Shown piece by piece: positions 47,324-58,767 of a stretch of DNA of 64,000 nt (within the stretch, counting starts at the first letter, position 1; every line of letters starts with the position of its first letter). The DNA is from Cetorhinus maximus. Its lineage: Eukaryota. The notes beneath the pieces were generated by a model that did not search any database, was not told where the DNA came from, and saw nothing but the letters and a program-made list of their open reading frames with translations. Location of the stretch: positions 29,140,001-29,204,000 of the forward strand of contig NC_135892.1 in assembly GCF_964194155.1 (NCBI RefSeq). Reading direction: 5' to 3'. The translations under genes and the position numbers were made by a program.

Positions 47324-48459
47324 TACAAGTACTGCTGGAGTTTATAACATTCAACAGACCACTGCGGGCAGTAACTTTTACGGTGTATGGGATCATCTTT
47401 CAATGTAAAGCATACATGTTTAAGTGAGCAAATTAGCATTTGGAATCAAATGTCACCTATCCACCTTTTTTGTTGAGTACCTTTGTACTCAATGCAACAG
47501 GTGTACCATGGTTCTCTGCTTTAATATTTTAGATTTCTTTTTCCAAGTTTGAGCTATCAGTTCTTACTAATGCTGTGTTTTGGGACTACATGGGGTTTAT
47601 TTTTGCTCACAGTGCCCTCCAAGGTGGGCACCACTAAATGCATTCCTTGCTGTTAATGAGTGGCTGTGCCCACGATTGTGCATCCTGTAGATAGCACCCA
47701 TTGCAGCCACGGTGGAGGGAGTGGAAATTTAAGGTGTTGGTTGGGCTGTGGATCAAGTGGACTACTTTGTCCTGGATGGTGCTGACTGACACATATCAGG
47801 CTGAAATCACTGTAAGCCATGTTTTTGCTGAGGGGCTCTTCATTTCACTGAAGTTGGTAGTGCGGTACCTTGGAAGAAAGCATGCAAAAGTTGGAGGGGA
47901 ACAAAAAGTAATTGGTAAAATCCTTACCTTGGCTGCAACGGGCTAATGCATATCAGGGAAAATAATTTGCAGTCTTGATTGTGTCTTTTGGTGAATTGTA
48001 ATGATGTTTAATAACATTCTGAGTTAAATATCCCATTGTGATGGACCTTTTCACAGACAGCAGATACTACAAAGTGTAGTATTATGATATATAGTGATTA
48101 AATTACTGTCAATGGAATAAGATTGAAGATGGCTCCGTACACTTTCTTTGTTGAGAGCTTAGCATAAAGTAATAGCTGATCATCGTCACGGCAACTGGAA
48201 GTCACAGTACAATCTTGTCCCTGTTTTCCTGTGCTACGCATTTTATGGATAGGAACTGGAAGTGTGCCAAAGATCAGTCTAAAGTCCCAAAAGCCTGACC
48301 TGCCGAATCAATTATTTACTACTATTGTCATTCATTTTGCTTTGAAAACATAACATATTTTGATGTTTGCAACTCCGATAACCAAACATGGCTCTGTATA
48401 TTTGCATACATTTCCAGTTTTCAGATGATAATCAATATCACTAACATGTTCCCAGTGTT

Positions 48460-48770
48460 GACTACACTGCGTATTACTATTGACATGACTGCATCTTAAA
48501 GACAGTGAGATGACACACACACACCACTATTTTGAAGAAGAGCATGGGAGTTCTTCCCAAAACCCTGGCCAACAGTTATCCATCAACAACACCTCAAACC
48601 AGATGATCTGCTCATTTATTTCAGTGCTATTTGTGGGAGCTTGCTGTGCTCAAATTGACTGCTGCATTTCCTACATTACAGCAGTGACTACACTCCAGAG
48701 AACTTCACTGACTGTGAAGTGCTTTCGGGTATCCTGGCGTTGTGAAAGGTGCGTTATAAATGCAAACTCG
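48460..48770 (+). mobile_element. Deu-domain SINE (3' part)
   Basis: cactattttgaagaagagca...tttgtgggagcttgctgtg...tgtgaaaggtgcgttataaatgcaa. Confidence 0.7.
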
Positions 48771-48970
48771 TATGTTAATGAAGACAGATATTTTTTCTTG
48801 TAAGTTATTGTGATATTGATCACCTCAGTTTCAGAACCATTTTCAAAATTCAATTATTTTAAAATGAATTCTCATTTAACATCACAATCTTTTTATACGT
48901 TCAATGGTACCAATATAATCTGATTCCAAAGAAAAGAAACTTCTAATAATTGGAATTTCTTTTGCAGATT

Positions 48971-49043
48971 CAATTGTCTTGCACTGTTTTTCAAGGTTGG
49001 CATGATACACATGCCAACCTTGAAAAACAGTGCAAGACAATTG
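48971..49043. repeat. Perfect palindrome: 34-bp stem, 5-nt loop
   Basis: caattgtcttgcactgtttttcaaggttggcatg-ataca-catgccaaccttgaaaaacagtgcaagacaattg. Confidence 0.97.
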
Positions 49044-49512
49044 GCATTTTAAAAATGCCTACACAAGATAGTAGGAAAACCTGACAAACCTAAAGAAGCT
49101 CTGAATATAGGCCTATGATGTGTATTTACATTGTACAGACTGATATAGAATTTTAGAAAAAGCTTTTTAAAATGTTTCTTTAAAAAAAAGCTTACACAGC
49201 CTCCAAAACAGCTGATAGCTCAGAAGCAGCCCTGATGTGAAAACAGGTGGTTAACTGGGGACTTTGTAATTTAAGAAACCTACATTCCTTCACTTGTATT
49301 AAAAGGAAAAACAATACAAGGAGATGAAAGTCTGAAGGGAAATACACAGGCACAGAATTTCCCCTGGAAATTAATTTTGCATTAGATGTCAGCCCAATAG
49401 TTAATATGGCCCACATCATTCTTTTTATGTTTTAGAGCTACTGGTACTAGTGCTGCTGTTTTAAATCAGATGACTGCCAAGCGGCATTTATAGTGAGCAA
49501 GGAGAAATCTTG

Positions 49513-50122
49513 GGCCCAGGTTTTTGTCCCCGGGTCAGGCGCGTAGAATCGTGAAATTTCCCAGCTCGGCAAACACGACCTTTAAAAACGTCTGCTTGCC
49601 CCTCAAATTTTCAGTTGGTGGTGGGTTGCGGGCTGAAATAGGAGTGCCGGGCAGGTGCAACCGGAATGGGTGCAGAGGCTGCCAAGTGCGGAGGTGGGCT
49701 GGAGCAAGGCCTGCTGCTCCGCTCCGGATTATTACTAAATAATAAAAAAAACAGCCCTCACCCTTCATCCCCCTCAAAACCCTCCCCCCAACACACCCTG
49801 TGCCCCATCCATGCCAACCCATGCCCCTCTACCCACCCCCCATGGCCCCTCATACCCACAATGCCAACTCACTTTGTCTCCTTGGACACTTTCTGGAGAA
49901 TTTTGACAGGAGTTCAAAAATTGAAAGTCAGTGGAGGCAGCTGGTGATTTAAATGGCCAGCTGCCTCCATGATTTGTGCATGTGCGAACTCCAGCCCGAC
50001 TCCTGTCCTGCCCCCGCAAAGATGCAGAATGCTGGGTTCAGAAGCAGGACTTAGAAATTTTGGTCATTTCCAGGATTTTCGCCATGACAGAGAGCCTCTC
50101 TGTTGTGGTGAAAATCTGGGCC
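49513..50122. mobile_element. Harbinger-type MITE related to 42181-43149 (opposite orientation)
   Basis: Ends ggcccaggtttt / aaaatctgggcc, flanked by ttg/tta. Internal ccatgcc-rich tract. Confidence 0.72.
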
Positions 50123-50419
50123 TTAGGCCTAGACTGTCTCAGCCTCACAATTAAATATAAATTTAAAAAACACGGTCAACATATGTAGCTATTAAGGAAT
50201 GTAACAAAACATGATAAAAGGTAAATACTGCGGGTGCTGGAGATTGTGAAACTAAACAGAAAATGCTCAAAATATTCAGCAGGCCAGGCAGCATCAGTGG
50301 GGACAGAATCAGACCAGATATTTCAAGTAAAGGCCTGTCTTCAAAATTTAACAATAAAACTCATTGGATTCTGATTGAAGAACAATCTCCTTGACAATAT
50401 AAAAGAATTCAAGAAGATA

Positions 50420-50855
50420 GCTAAGGAAAAGAAATCAGATAGGTTTTAGGCCGTGTACTAAAGGAGGAAAGCAAGGTAGAGAGATGGAAAGGTGCAGGGA
50501 GGGTGTTCCAAAACTTGGGGCCTAAGCAACTGAGGGTGCAGCTGCCAATAGTGAAGCAAATAAAATCGGTGATGCTCAAGAGGGCAGAATTAGAGGAGCT
50601 CAGATATCTCAGAAGATTGTGGGGGCTGGAGGAGATCACAGAGATAAGGAGGGGCCAAGCCATGGAAGAATTTGAAAACAAGGATGAGAATTATAAAATC
50701 AAGATGTTGCTTGAAACAGTGAGCACAGGGGAGATAGCGTAAAGGCACTCGGCACAAATTATGACATGGACGACAGAGTTTTGGATGACTTCAAGTTTAG
50801 GGCGGGTAGAATGTGGGAGACCTGCATTGAAGTAGTCAAATCTCTCAATGAGGAC
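50420..50855 (-). mobile_element. L2-type LINE fragment
   Basis: ORF 50691..50921 contains FDYFNAGLPHSTRPKLEVIQNS, an L2 ORF2 C-terminal motif; colinear with the other L2 copies. Confidence 0.7.
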
Positions 50856-51756
50856 TAATATTTTACTCCTGATGTAAGTCATTGTGATATTAAACATATA
50901 GGTTTTCAAAACCATTTTCAAAACTCAAGTATGAACAATCAATAAAAGGGGAGAATACTCCCCTGTACATTACTGTTTGTCTAGCATCAGAAAATAAGAT
51001 TATTTTCCCTTTTGTTTGTCTTAAATGATGAGCTTTCTTTGGAGCTTATGAGAGACTATGGAGTATTGAAAGGACACTGCATGATATTAGTAATGAAAGT
51101 GTTAACATATTGCATAGCACCATTTCTATCCACATCAGAGTGAACAGGTCCTTCTGTTCCTCCATTTTGGAATGAGTGCCACACTAATAATCCCCCAGGC
51201 TAGAATCCGAGCAGTTCATAATTCACAGCTTCAAAAGCTAAATTGATTTGAAAATTGTCTCAATCATATGGAACTGCAAAGCTATCTATACCTCTCACTG
51301 CATTTACCTCAAGTATTGTGAACGATGTGCTATGGCATTTACTCTAAACTAAATTGTGCATTAAAGCATTTGAATTTCTTTATAAAATTAGAGAAGAAGA
51401 AGCATCAGTTCACATCAATATTGTCTAAATCTGTACATTACAAAAACACGGAGGGATTTTTAACCCATCCCAATCAATGAGACCGGGTTGGGGGTGTGCA
51501 TTTAAAATGGAGCATTCAGCCTTGTCCACTCCCTTCTCACTGGCCACCATATTAATGATTACTGCCAATGACTAAGATGCCTGCCAGAAGCAGATGGAAA
51601 TCACATAAATTCATGCAAGTTGAGTTCCAGCTATGTCACCAGGACCCTGAGCGGAGAGGTTCAGATGGCTTTCCAACCAGTGTGAAAGCCGGTCAATAAC
51701 TGTAACAGAGATGAAGATACCTGCTAAGGTATGCTGAACTCTGTACTTTATAGATG

Positions 51757-52333
51757 AAAGCAAAATACTGTGGATGCTGGAAATCTGAAATAAGAACAGA
51801 AAATGCTGGTAAAACTCTGCAGGTCTGGCAGCATCCAAGAGGAGATGGTGGTGTAGTGGTAATGTCACTAGATGACTAATCCACAGGCCCAGGTGAGTTT
51901 TTTGGGGACATGGGTTCAAATCCCACCATGGCAGCTGGTGGAATTTAAATTCAGCAAAATAAAACCTGGAATTAAATGCTAATCTCAGTGATTATAATAA
52001 CCACAAAACTATCTTTGACTGTTGTAAAAACCCACCTAGTTCACTAATGCCCTTTAGGGAAGGAAATCTGCTATCCTTACCTGGTCTGGCCTACATGTGA
52101 CTCCACAGCAATGTGCCTGACTCTTAACTGCCCTCTGAAATGGCTGAGCAAGCCATTCAGTTCAAGAGCATTTAGGGATGGGCAGCAAATGAGTTAACAC
52201 TTTGAGCCCATATGACTCTTCTTCAGAGCTGAAAAGAGTCTGACAAATCATGTGGACTCAAAACATTAACTTCTCTCTCCACAGATGCTGCCAAACCTGC
52301 TGAGTTTTACCAGCATTTTCTGTTTTTATTTCT
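51757..52333. mobile_element. Penelope-derived non-coding element with inverted termini, interrupted by an HE1-type SINE
   Basis: Left aacagaaaatgctggtaaaactctgcaggtctggcagcatc and right gatgctgccaaacctgctgagttttaccagcattttctgttttt are inverted copies matching the Penelope terminus at 8010-8052. Confidence 0.7.
51840..52190 (+). mobile_element. HE1-type SINE
   Basis: A box tggtgtagtgg, B box ggttcaaatcc, HE1 core, and tail tagggatgggca. Confidence 0.85.
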
Positions 52334-52671
52334 GTACTTTATAGTACTCCTTCAGGTCCCACAAAGAAAATTCTGGCCTACTCCTACCCTAGACTTCCCT
52401 CGCACTTCGCGCCCCCCCCCACCCCCCACCTCCCTATAACTTAACCACCTGGTGACCAGTCCTTCCTTTGGTCTCCTAGCTGCCCAACCATCTTCTTCTG
52501 CCTCTAACAATCTACTATTTTCTGTCCATTTATGGTAGACAGATATGCATGCTGGTCCTGAAATCTAGGCCTATAAGTACATTTTCCATTCGCTCCATTT
52601 CCCCCTGGGAGTTATCAAAGTCTTCGAATTTGCCACGTTGTTTCAGAATATCTCTTAAATGGTGATGTTCT

Positions 52672-53085
52672 AAAACAGCAACCTGCATTTAGACAGCACT
52701 TCAATGTAGTAAAATGGCTCAAGGCAACTCACAGAAGCATCATCAGAGAATATTTGCCATTGAGTCACATAAAGAGATATAGGCCAGGATTTTTCGATCC
52801 CACCTGTGGCAGGAAACATCACGGACAGGACAGAAAATTTGGAGAGGCAGCCAAAAGCCCATTCACTTTCGGCGGGAATTTCTGGTCGAATCCCGGCCAT
52901 AAGGACTATGACCAAAAGCTTGATTAATGAGGTAGGTTTTAAGCAGTGTTGTGCAAGAGGATAGAGGTAGAGAGGCATAGAATTTTAGGAAGGAAATGCT
53001 AGAGCTTAGGGCCCACGCAGCTGCAGGCATGACCATCAATGATGTTGCAAAAGAAATCAGTGATGCACAAGAGGCCAAAGCCAAA
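52672..53085 (-). mobile_element. L2-type LINE 3' end (interrupted by a mini-MITE)
   Basis: aacagcaacctgcattta tail; colinear with 22329-22600. Confidence 0.65.
52782..52898. mobile_element. 117-bp Harbinger-type mini-MITE inserted in an L2 fragment
   Basis: Ends ggccaggatt / aatcccggcc with TSD ATA. Confidence 0.75.
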
Positions 53086-53824
53086 GAATTCTCTTGCTAA
53101 AGCATTGGTGCACACATAAATGAAGCACTGAAGTGCCTAAATACTTGCTTGAAAAAGATGGCCTGTAGCATAGATGTTCAGCTTTGGACAGTACAATATG
53201 CATGAATAGTGTATGAAGACGCATTACGATTTTTCAAAATGGCAACAAAATGATTTTAGTTTTGGTTCAGATTCAATTGTAGCAAGCTTCTTGATAAAAG
53301 TGGCACTTAGGAGATTAAGAGAGAAATGTCTCACGGTGCTATTGATCACTTATAAAGTGGAACACTGCATGAGAAAGCACATCAAGTTCTTGGCAAGCTT
53401 TACAGACAGCATCACATAGATTACTGCCTGAAAGTTGAGACTGTGCTCACTGATATATTGCTGAGCTACAGAAATTGGTTTCAAGTGTCATTTGCAGGTC
53501 TCAGAATGCATGAGGACTAGACTATATCAAGCACATGATCAACTCAGGGCACTGCTCTATTGTTGAGGGTGGCTGAGAAAAATGGAAGAGAATATCGGGG
53601 AGTGAATGGAGTGTGAAACCATGCTGCTGATTCACTATGAGCCTGTTATACACTGGCATAGACGAATTTCACCCCCATGTTTTCTCCTGTAGTTAGCATA
53701 TCCAATATGCAGTTTACCCTGCCCACCTTGCTGGTCTGTACAAGTGATGAAGGTTGATGTCTGAAGTATATTCTTCCTGTCATGCCCAGTATTTCCAGAT
53801 TATATACATGCGCCTATCTTCTAT

Positions 53825-54130
53825 TTACAATGAGTCAGCTGAGATCCGCTCTGCTCTCACGAATGGATATAAAAGATTCCATGGCACAATTTCAAAAAAG
53901 AACAAGGGAATTAGCCACAGTATCTTGGCCAATACTTATCCCTCAATCCACATCACTAAAAAATCAGATTATCTCATCATTATCACATTGCTGTTTGTGG
54001 GAGCTTCCTGTGCAAAAATTGACCACCTTGTTTCCTACAACAATGACGACACTTCAAAAGTACTTAATTAGCTGTAAAGTGGTTTGTGACATCCTGAGTT
54101 CATGAAAGGCACTATAAAAATGCTTATCTA
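53825..54130 (+). mobile_element. Deu-domain SINE (3' part)
   Basis: tggccaatacttatccctcaa...cagattatctcatcattatcacattgctgtttgtgggagctt...catgaaaggcactataaaaatgc. Confidence 0.7.
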
Positions 54131-54634
54131 CTTTTGTTTATTAGTACAATATTTCTCCACCTCCACTGCCCTTCCAGTAATTTAATGAAATCTTCCAACT
54201 TATAGTCAGACAATGGTCAATCATATAAAAAGATACATCATAGGTGTGATTTCCACTGTAATTTGAAGGAATTCTGATAATCAGTATTTGAAATTCTTGA
54301 GATCCCACAGAAAAAAGTAGTGGAGTGGTCTTTCTGGACTTTATGGACTTAAGAATTAAGTCCAGTTCATGGGATCTCTTGGACAAAAGACATTCAGCAA
54401 CCCTTTCTTCAATCAAATATTACAAAGAATTGTGGTTACTAATCAATTTCCTGTGACATTGTCCATGGAGAGCCCAAGAAAGAAAGAACTTGCATGTATA
54501 TAGCCCTATTCATGACCTCAGGATGTGCCAAAGTGATTAGACTAGGTATAATCTTTGAGTGAACTGCAGTTAGAGGCCCAGGGACATTTCAGCCAAGGCA
54601 TGTAACTTAATTCAATGTCCATTTCTAAGTCCTA

Positions 54635-55804
54635 TGTTATGGCGTGGCAGATTTGGAAAACTTGGAAGACCGTTCCTTCACTGTCACTAGATCAAAACTC
54701 TGGAACTCCCTTCCTAATAGCACTGTGGGTGTGCCTACACCACATGGACTGCAGCGGTTCAAGAAGGCAGCTCACCACCACCTTCTCAAGGGCAACTAGG
54801 GATGGGCAATAAATGCTGGCCCAGCCAGCAAAGCCTACATCCCATGAATGAATTAAAAAAAGAGGTGAGCCAAGTGAACCAAATCCACCAGGGAAACTTG
54901 GCCACACTATCAAAATGGATTTGCAATTTGTATTTATTACAAGAAAATTTGTGCACTGAATTCAGAAGTAGTGAGCCCACTAACAACTTTAGAGATTTTA
55001 AAAATTAACTCAAACCATTTATTAATGAAAGAAAAGAATTCAAACATAGGCATAAGACCACAGTTACTTGATATTATAGCAAATCCTAAAATTCCCAATT
55101 AACCTGACTCCCAACTACACACCCCCTTTAAGGCAACAGTCCATAATAGATTTTAAATTTAAATAGGAAATCCAGCAAGGTTACCACACACACCCACTCG
55201 ACAGTGGAATTCCAAAGGCTTTTTAACACAACTTTAATTACTGGACACAGCAGACTCCTGCAAAAGTGGCTAGAGGCTTCTTCCAAGTCTATTTTACACA
55301 GTGTACTTGGCCACATCCACATAAGCTTCCATCCTTCTTTATATATGTTTCTCTTTATTTGATGTGTAAAATCCCATTATTCCACATGTCTTTGGAAACT
55401 TACTTTTCCCATAATATAAAAATCTTTCATGTTGTCAGTATGGTCAGTACCTCTGGGAAAAATAAACACACTGCTTGGCCTTGCTTACCTTGTTGGTGGT
55501 AAACATCCTACCCTCCCTTTGAAAATCAAATGACCCCTTCACTTATTTAAAAATGCAAATTTCCTTCACACCTTACCTACTGACCCTTCTACTCTAGCTC
55601 ACTCATTAGCATTTCACATACCCTTTTTACACCTGTCTCTTCTGATAATTTCAACCTTACAGTCTATCTGACTCTAATTCAATTAGATCTGTCACACAGA
55701 CAGAACCATTCACACTCACAACCGTAAACCCACCTTACAATATCCCACAATACTGTTATGAAAAATATGATAGTTTCATAACAATTATAAATTAACTCGT
55801 AACA
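54635..55804 (-). mobile_element. Possible solo-LTR-like element (with a HER1-type LINE end inserted)
   Basis: TGTTATG at 54635, and ...CATAACA (55783) or ...CGTAACA (55804) at the other end. No convincing TSD. Confidence 0.3.
54672..54861 (+). mobile_element. HER1-type (CR1 group) LINE 3' end
   Basis: tggaactcccttcctaatagcactgtggg...gcagctcaccaccaccttctcaagggcaactagggatgggcaataaatgctggcc...tgaatgaattaaaaaaa; the tail is shared with the HE1-type SINEs. Confidence 0.75.
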
Positions 55805-57229
55805 AAAAAAAATACTATGCAACTTTGCCACATGGCATTACCAGCAGCATGGCCAGGACCCCGTTACTAATAGGGTGCAATTATAGTGTTTTCACTACAA
55901 GGAGCCGACTTTAACTTTCCAAAATTGGCAGTAATGGCCTCAAATTGAATAAGGTAAACTTACTTCCACATCAGCGCTGATTTTTGCAAGTTAAAATCAA
56001 CCCCTAATTGTGCAAATGATGTAATTGTAAGGGGCATAATCTGTGCTTACAAGGACAATGACCCAAAGGCCCAGGACCGTGGCAGACATTCTCCATGCTT
56101 GAAAATCCCACTTCTCTGGCTTTGGTGGGACCCACCATATGGCTGAAGGCTGCTATACCTGGTGAAATAAGGAATTCTAACCTCTAGAAGGGCACAACTC
56201 CCACACCAAGAGGGGAAGGAGAGTGTGCATTCAAAGAAGTGGCTCTAATTCCCCAAAAATAAACCCATTTTTAAAAAAATTTATAAGACAGGCTTACAAT
56301 TTTGAAATAGGACTGTTCATATCATAAATACATCCTTCAGTAAATAATAAGTATTTTAGTGCTCTGAACTGCCTGAGTAAAGTGTTCAAATGGGAATGAA
56401 ATGATGCAGAAAGACCTTAAACAATCCTGAGTACATTTCCTAGACAGTCAAGATATCTGCTGCTCTTACTGCCACCTAATGTCTGAAAAGGGCACCTATT
56501 GGAATCTCCGTGTTTGTGCTCTGACTTGATAGAAGGGCAATTTCCATGCAGCGCACAGATTTTTAAATTATCTTCATGCTTGGGGGCACATTTACATTGC
56601 CACATGTCCATCCACCTGTCCATGAATATTAATTTGTCAGCTCAGCAACTTAAAAATGCTTCACTGAATGCCAAACTTCATCTCAATGAACAACTCAGTG
56701 ACATCAGTCTCACCCATTAATCTCTCTCCCCTTCTTTTGAGAACAGGCTTTTAGGAAAATGTAGTTGTGTCTGCATGTTGGCCAAAGAGTCTGACAGTTA
56801 ATTTTGGAACCTAACTTACTTTACAAACATTCTGAAGGAACCTTGTGTGTCAAAAGGATGAAATGGGCTCCTTCTGCAGATAGCTGACCCTTGGAATATT
56901 GCAGTGATGACTTTAACCCAATATTGAACGTATTTATCCAAAGAAAGTTGTTATATATTTTACACTTTATGTAATTATTTTTATACACTTTAACATTCAC
57001 CACTCAAATTAGTGACCATCAGGTTCACGAAACTTGAATTCATTAACAGTAAGTACAAAAAAATTGGTCAGTCACATGTTGCCTGAAATGATGCTGTTTG
57101 CATTCTTTTCAATCACTGAAGTTAACATTTGACCGCAGCAGTACTCAAAAATGCCTTTACTATAACAAAACATTGTAGAAAATGCAAAAGTTTATTTTAC
57201 AAACCTACCACCTGATCTGGTCTGACCCA

Positions 57230-57772
57230 ACCTGATTCCTGATTCCAAAACCCACTCCCATTTTAACCCTAACAAACCCATTTCTTATATCACTCCCCCA
57301 ACTTCCACACCCAATATCAACTCTCATAATCCCAATCCCAATACCAACCCTCCCAAACCCATTCCAAATATCAAAACCCCCAAACCCACTCCCAATCCCA
57401 CTCCCAAACCAACACGCAATCCCATTCCCAAGCCCACTCCCAAGCCTTAACCCTAACTCATTCTCAAACTAACTTGCAATCCCATTTCCAAGCCCACCCC
57501 TAATCCCACTCCCTAACCTAGTTGTGACCCTACTCCCAAACCCACTCATGAAGTTAATCCCAAACTCATTCCCAATCCCTCTCCCAATATCAATCCCCCT
57601 AACCCCACTCCCAATACCAATCCTCCCATTCCCACTTTCAATCCCACTCCTAATATCAACACTCCCAAACCCATTCCCAACATCAACCGTCCTCACCCAA
57701 CACCCAATTATCAGCCATCCCAATCCCACTCTCAATATCAACACTCCCCACTCAATAGTCAATATCAAATTC
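57230..57772 (+). repeat. C/A-rich degenerate tandem repeat (cccact/cccaat/cccatt hexamer-like units)
   Basis: About 540 bp almost devoid of G on the plus strand, giving spurious Pro/Ile- and Gly/Ile-rich ORFs. Confidence 0.85.
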
Positions 57773-58010
57773 CCAGAATTGGCGCATCTTAGAGATCCTG
57801 GAGGCTGGTGGGGTCAGAGGAGCTTACAATGATAGTGAAGGTTGACTACATGGAAATATTTGAAAACAAGGATGAGAATTTTAAAATTGTGGTGTAGCCA
57901 GACCAGATGCCAGTATGGGTCAGCGACTACATGTGTGATGGGTGGACATGACTTGGTGCAAATTAGAATTTGGGTAGCAGAGTTCCAAATGAACTCAAGT
58001 TTGTGTACAG
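57770..58010 (-). mobile_element. L2-type LINE fragment just upstream of the PRKN exon
   Basis: tttgaaaacaaggatgagaattttaaaatt block shared with the other L2 copies. Confidence 0.6.
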
Positions 58011-58196
58011 CTCGAACAAAAGACAGTTAATTCACTTTTTGAATTGTACTAGCCTAGGAGTATACAACAGCTGAGCCACAGAACAGTATTCATGGAACAA
58101 TGAAACACTTAGGGTATAGAGTTAACTGTTTATCCACCTTGCAGCTTTCCAACTACTTTCATATCATTCATACTCTTTAAATTCATACTCTTTCAG

Positions 58197-58283
58197 TTTG
58201 TTTTCTGCCGTGAGTGCAAGGAAGAGTACCATGAGGAGGAGTGTAATGGCCTCCACATTAGAGAAACAGCTGTGAACCAGCAG
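58197..58283 (+). CDS. PRKN: Parkin RBR E3 ubiquitin ligase, internal coding exon (equivalent to human exon 10; IBR C-terminal half plus linker)
   Basis: Pyrimidine-rich acceptor (tcatactctttcag|TTT) and canonical donor (CAG|gtaaga). 87 nt, phase 0/0, translating to FVFCRECKEEYHEEECNGLHIRETAVNQQ versus recalled human exon 10 [28 protein letters not shown]. The C-x2-C-x4-H-x3-C zinc ligands are conserved. Absent from the ORF track because it is an internal exon. Confidence 0.93.
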
Positions 58284-58767
58284 GTAAGAGAGTGAATTCT
58301 CAGAAAGGCAGCACCTTCAAATGATTTTTGGTGCTGCAATTGCAAACTGTTAGTTAGAATTTTGCTCTGAAAGAAAATAACTATGCTTCTGTCTTGTGCA
58401 TATGCTATCTTTAAGTATGATGGCTATATTTGTGAAATAGGGTTCCATATTTTCTCAAGCCATGGTTTACAGTGGGAATTGATGGATATGATGAGAATGT
58501 GCAGGTTCATCTATCAAAAAGGGACAAATAGATTTTTCCTGTTTCTAAAGAATTTTATGCATTTATTTCAGTCCTGACATATGTGTAGAAAAATAACAAA
58601 TGGCACAGCGTAGGTTACAAAACTATAAATACAATCAGGGAGATCAAATGATGTTGTAAAGCTGCATGAGCATTTCTTGAATGGTTTATATGCATCATCT
58701 GAACTCTAAGCTCAGATTTTACCCTTGAAGTATTTCATGGTGGTCATTATTAACTCTTATGGAATGA

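Noticed and set aside
51840-51930. tRNA gene
   Set aside because: The A/B boxes belong to the tRNA-derived head of an HE1-type SINE and continue into the SINE body.
57469-57832. Pro/Ile-rich and Gly/Ile-rich ORFs
   Set aside because: Translations of a low-complexity tandem repeat.
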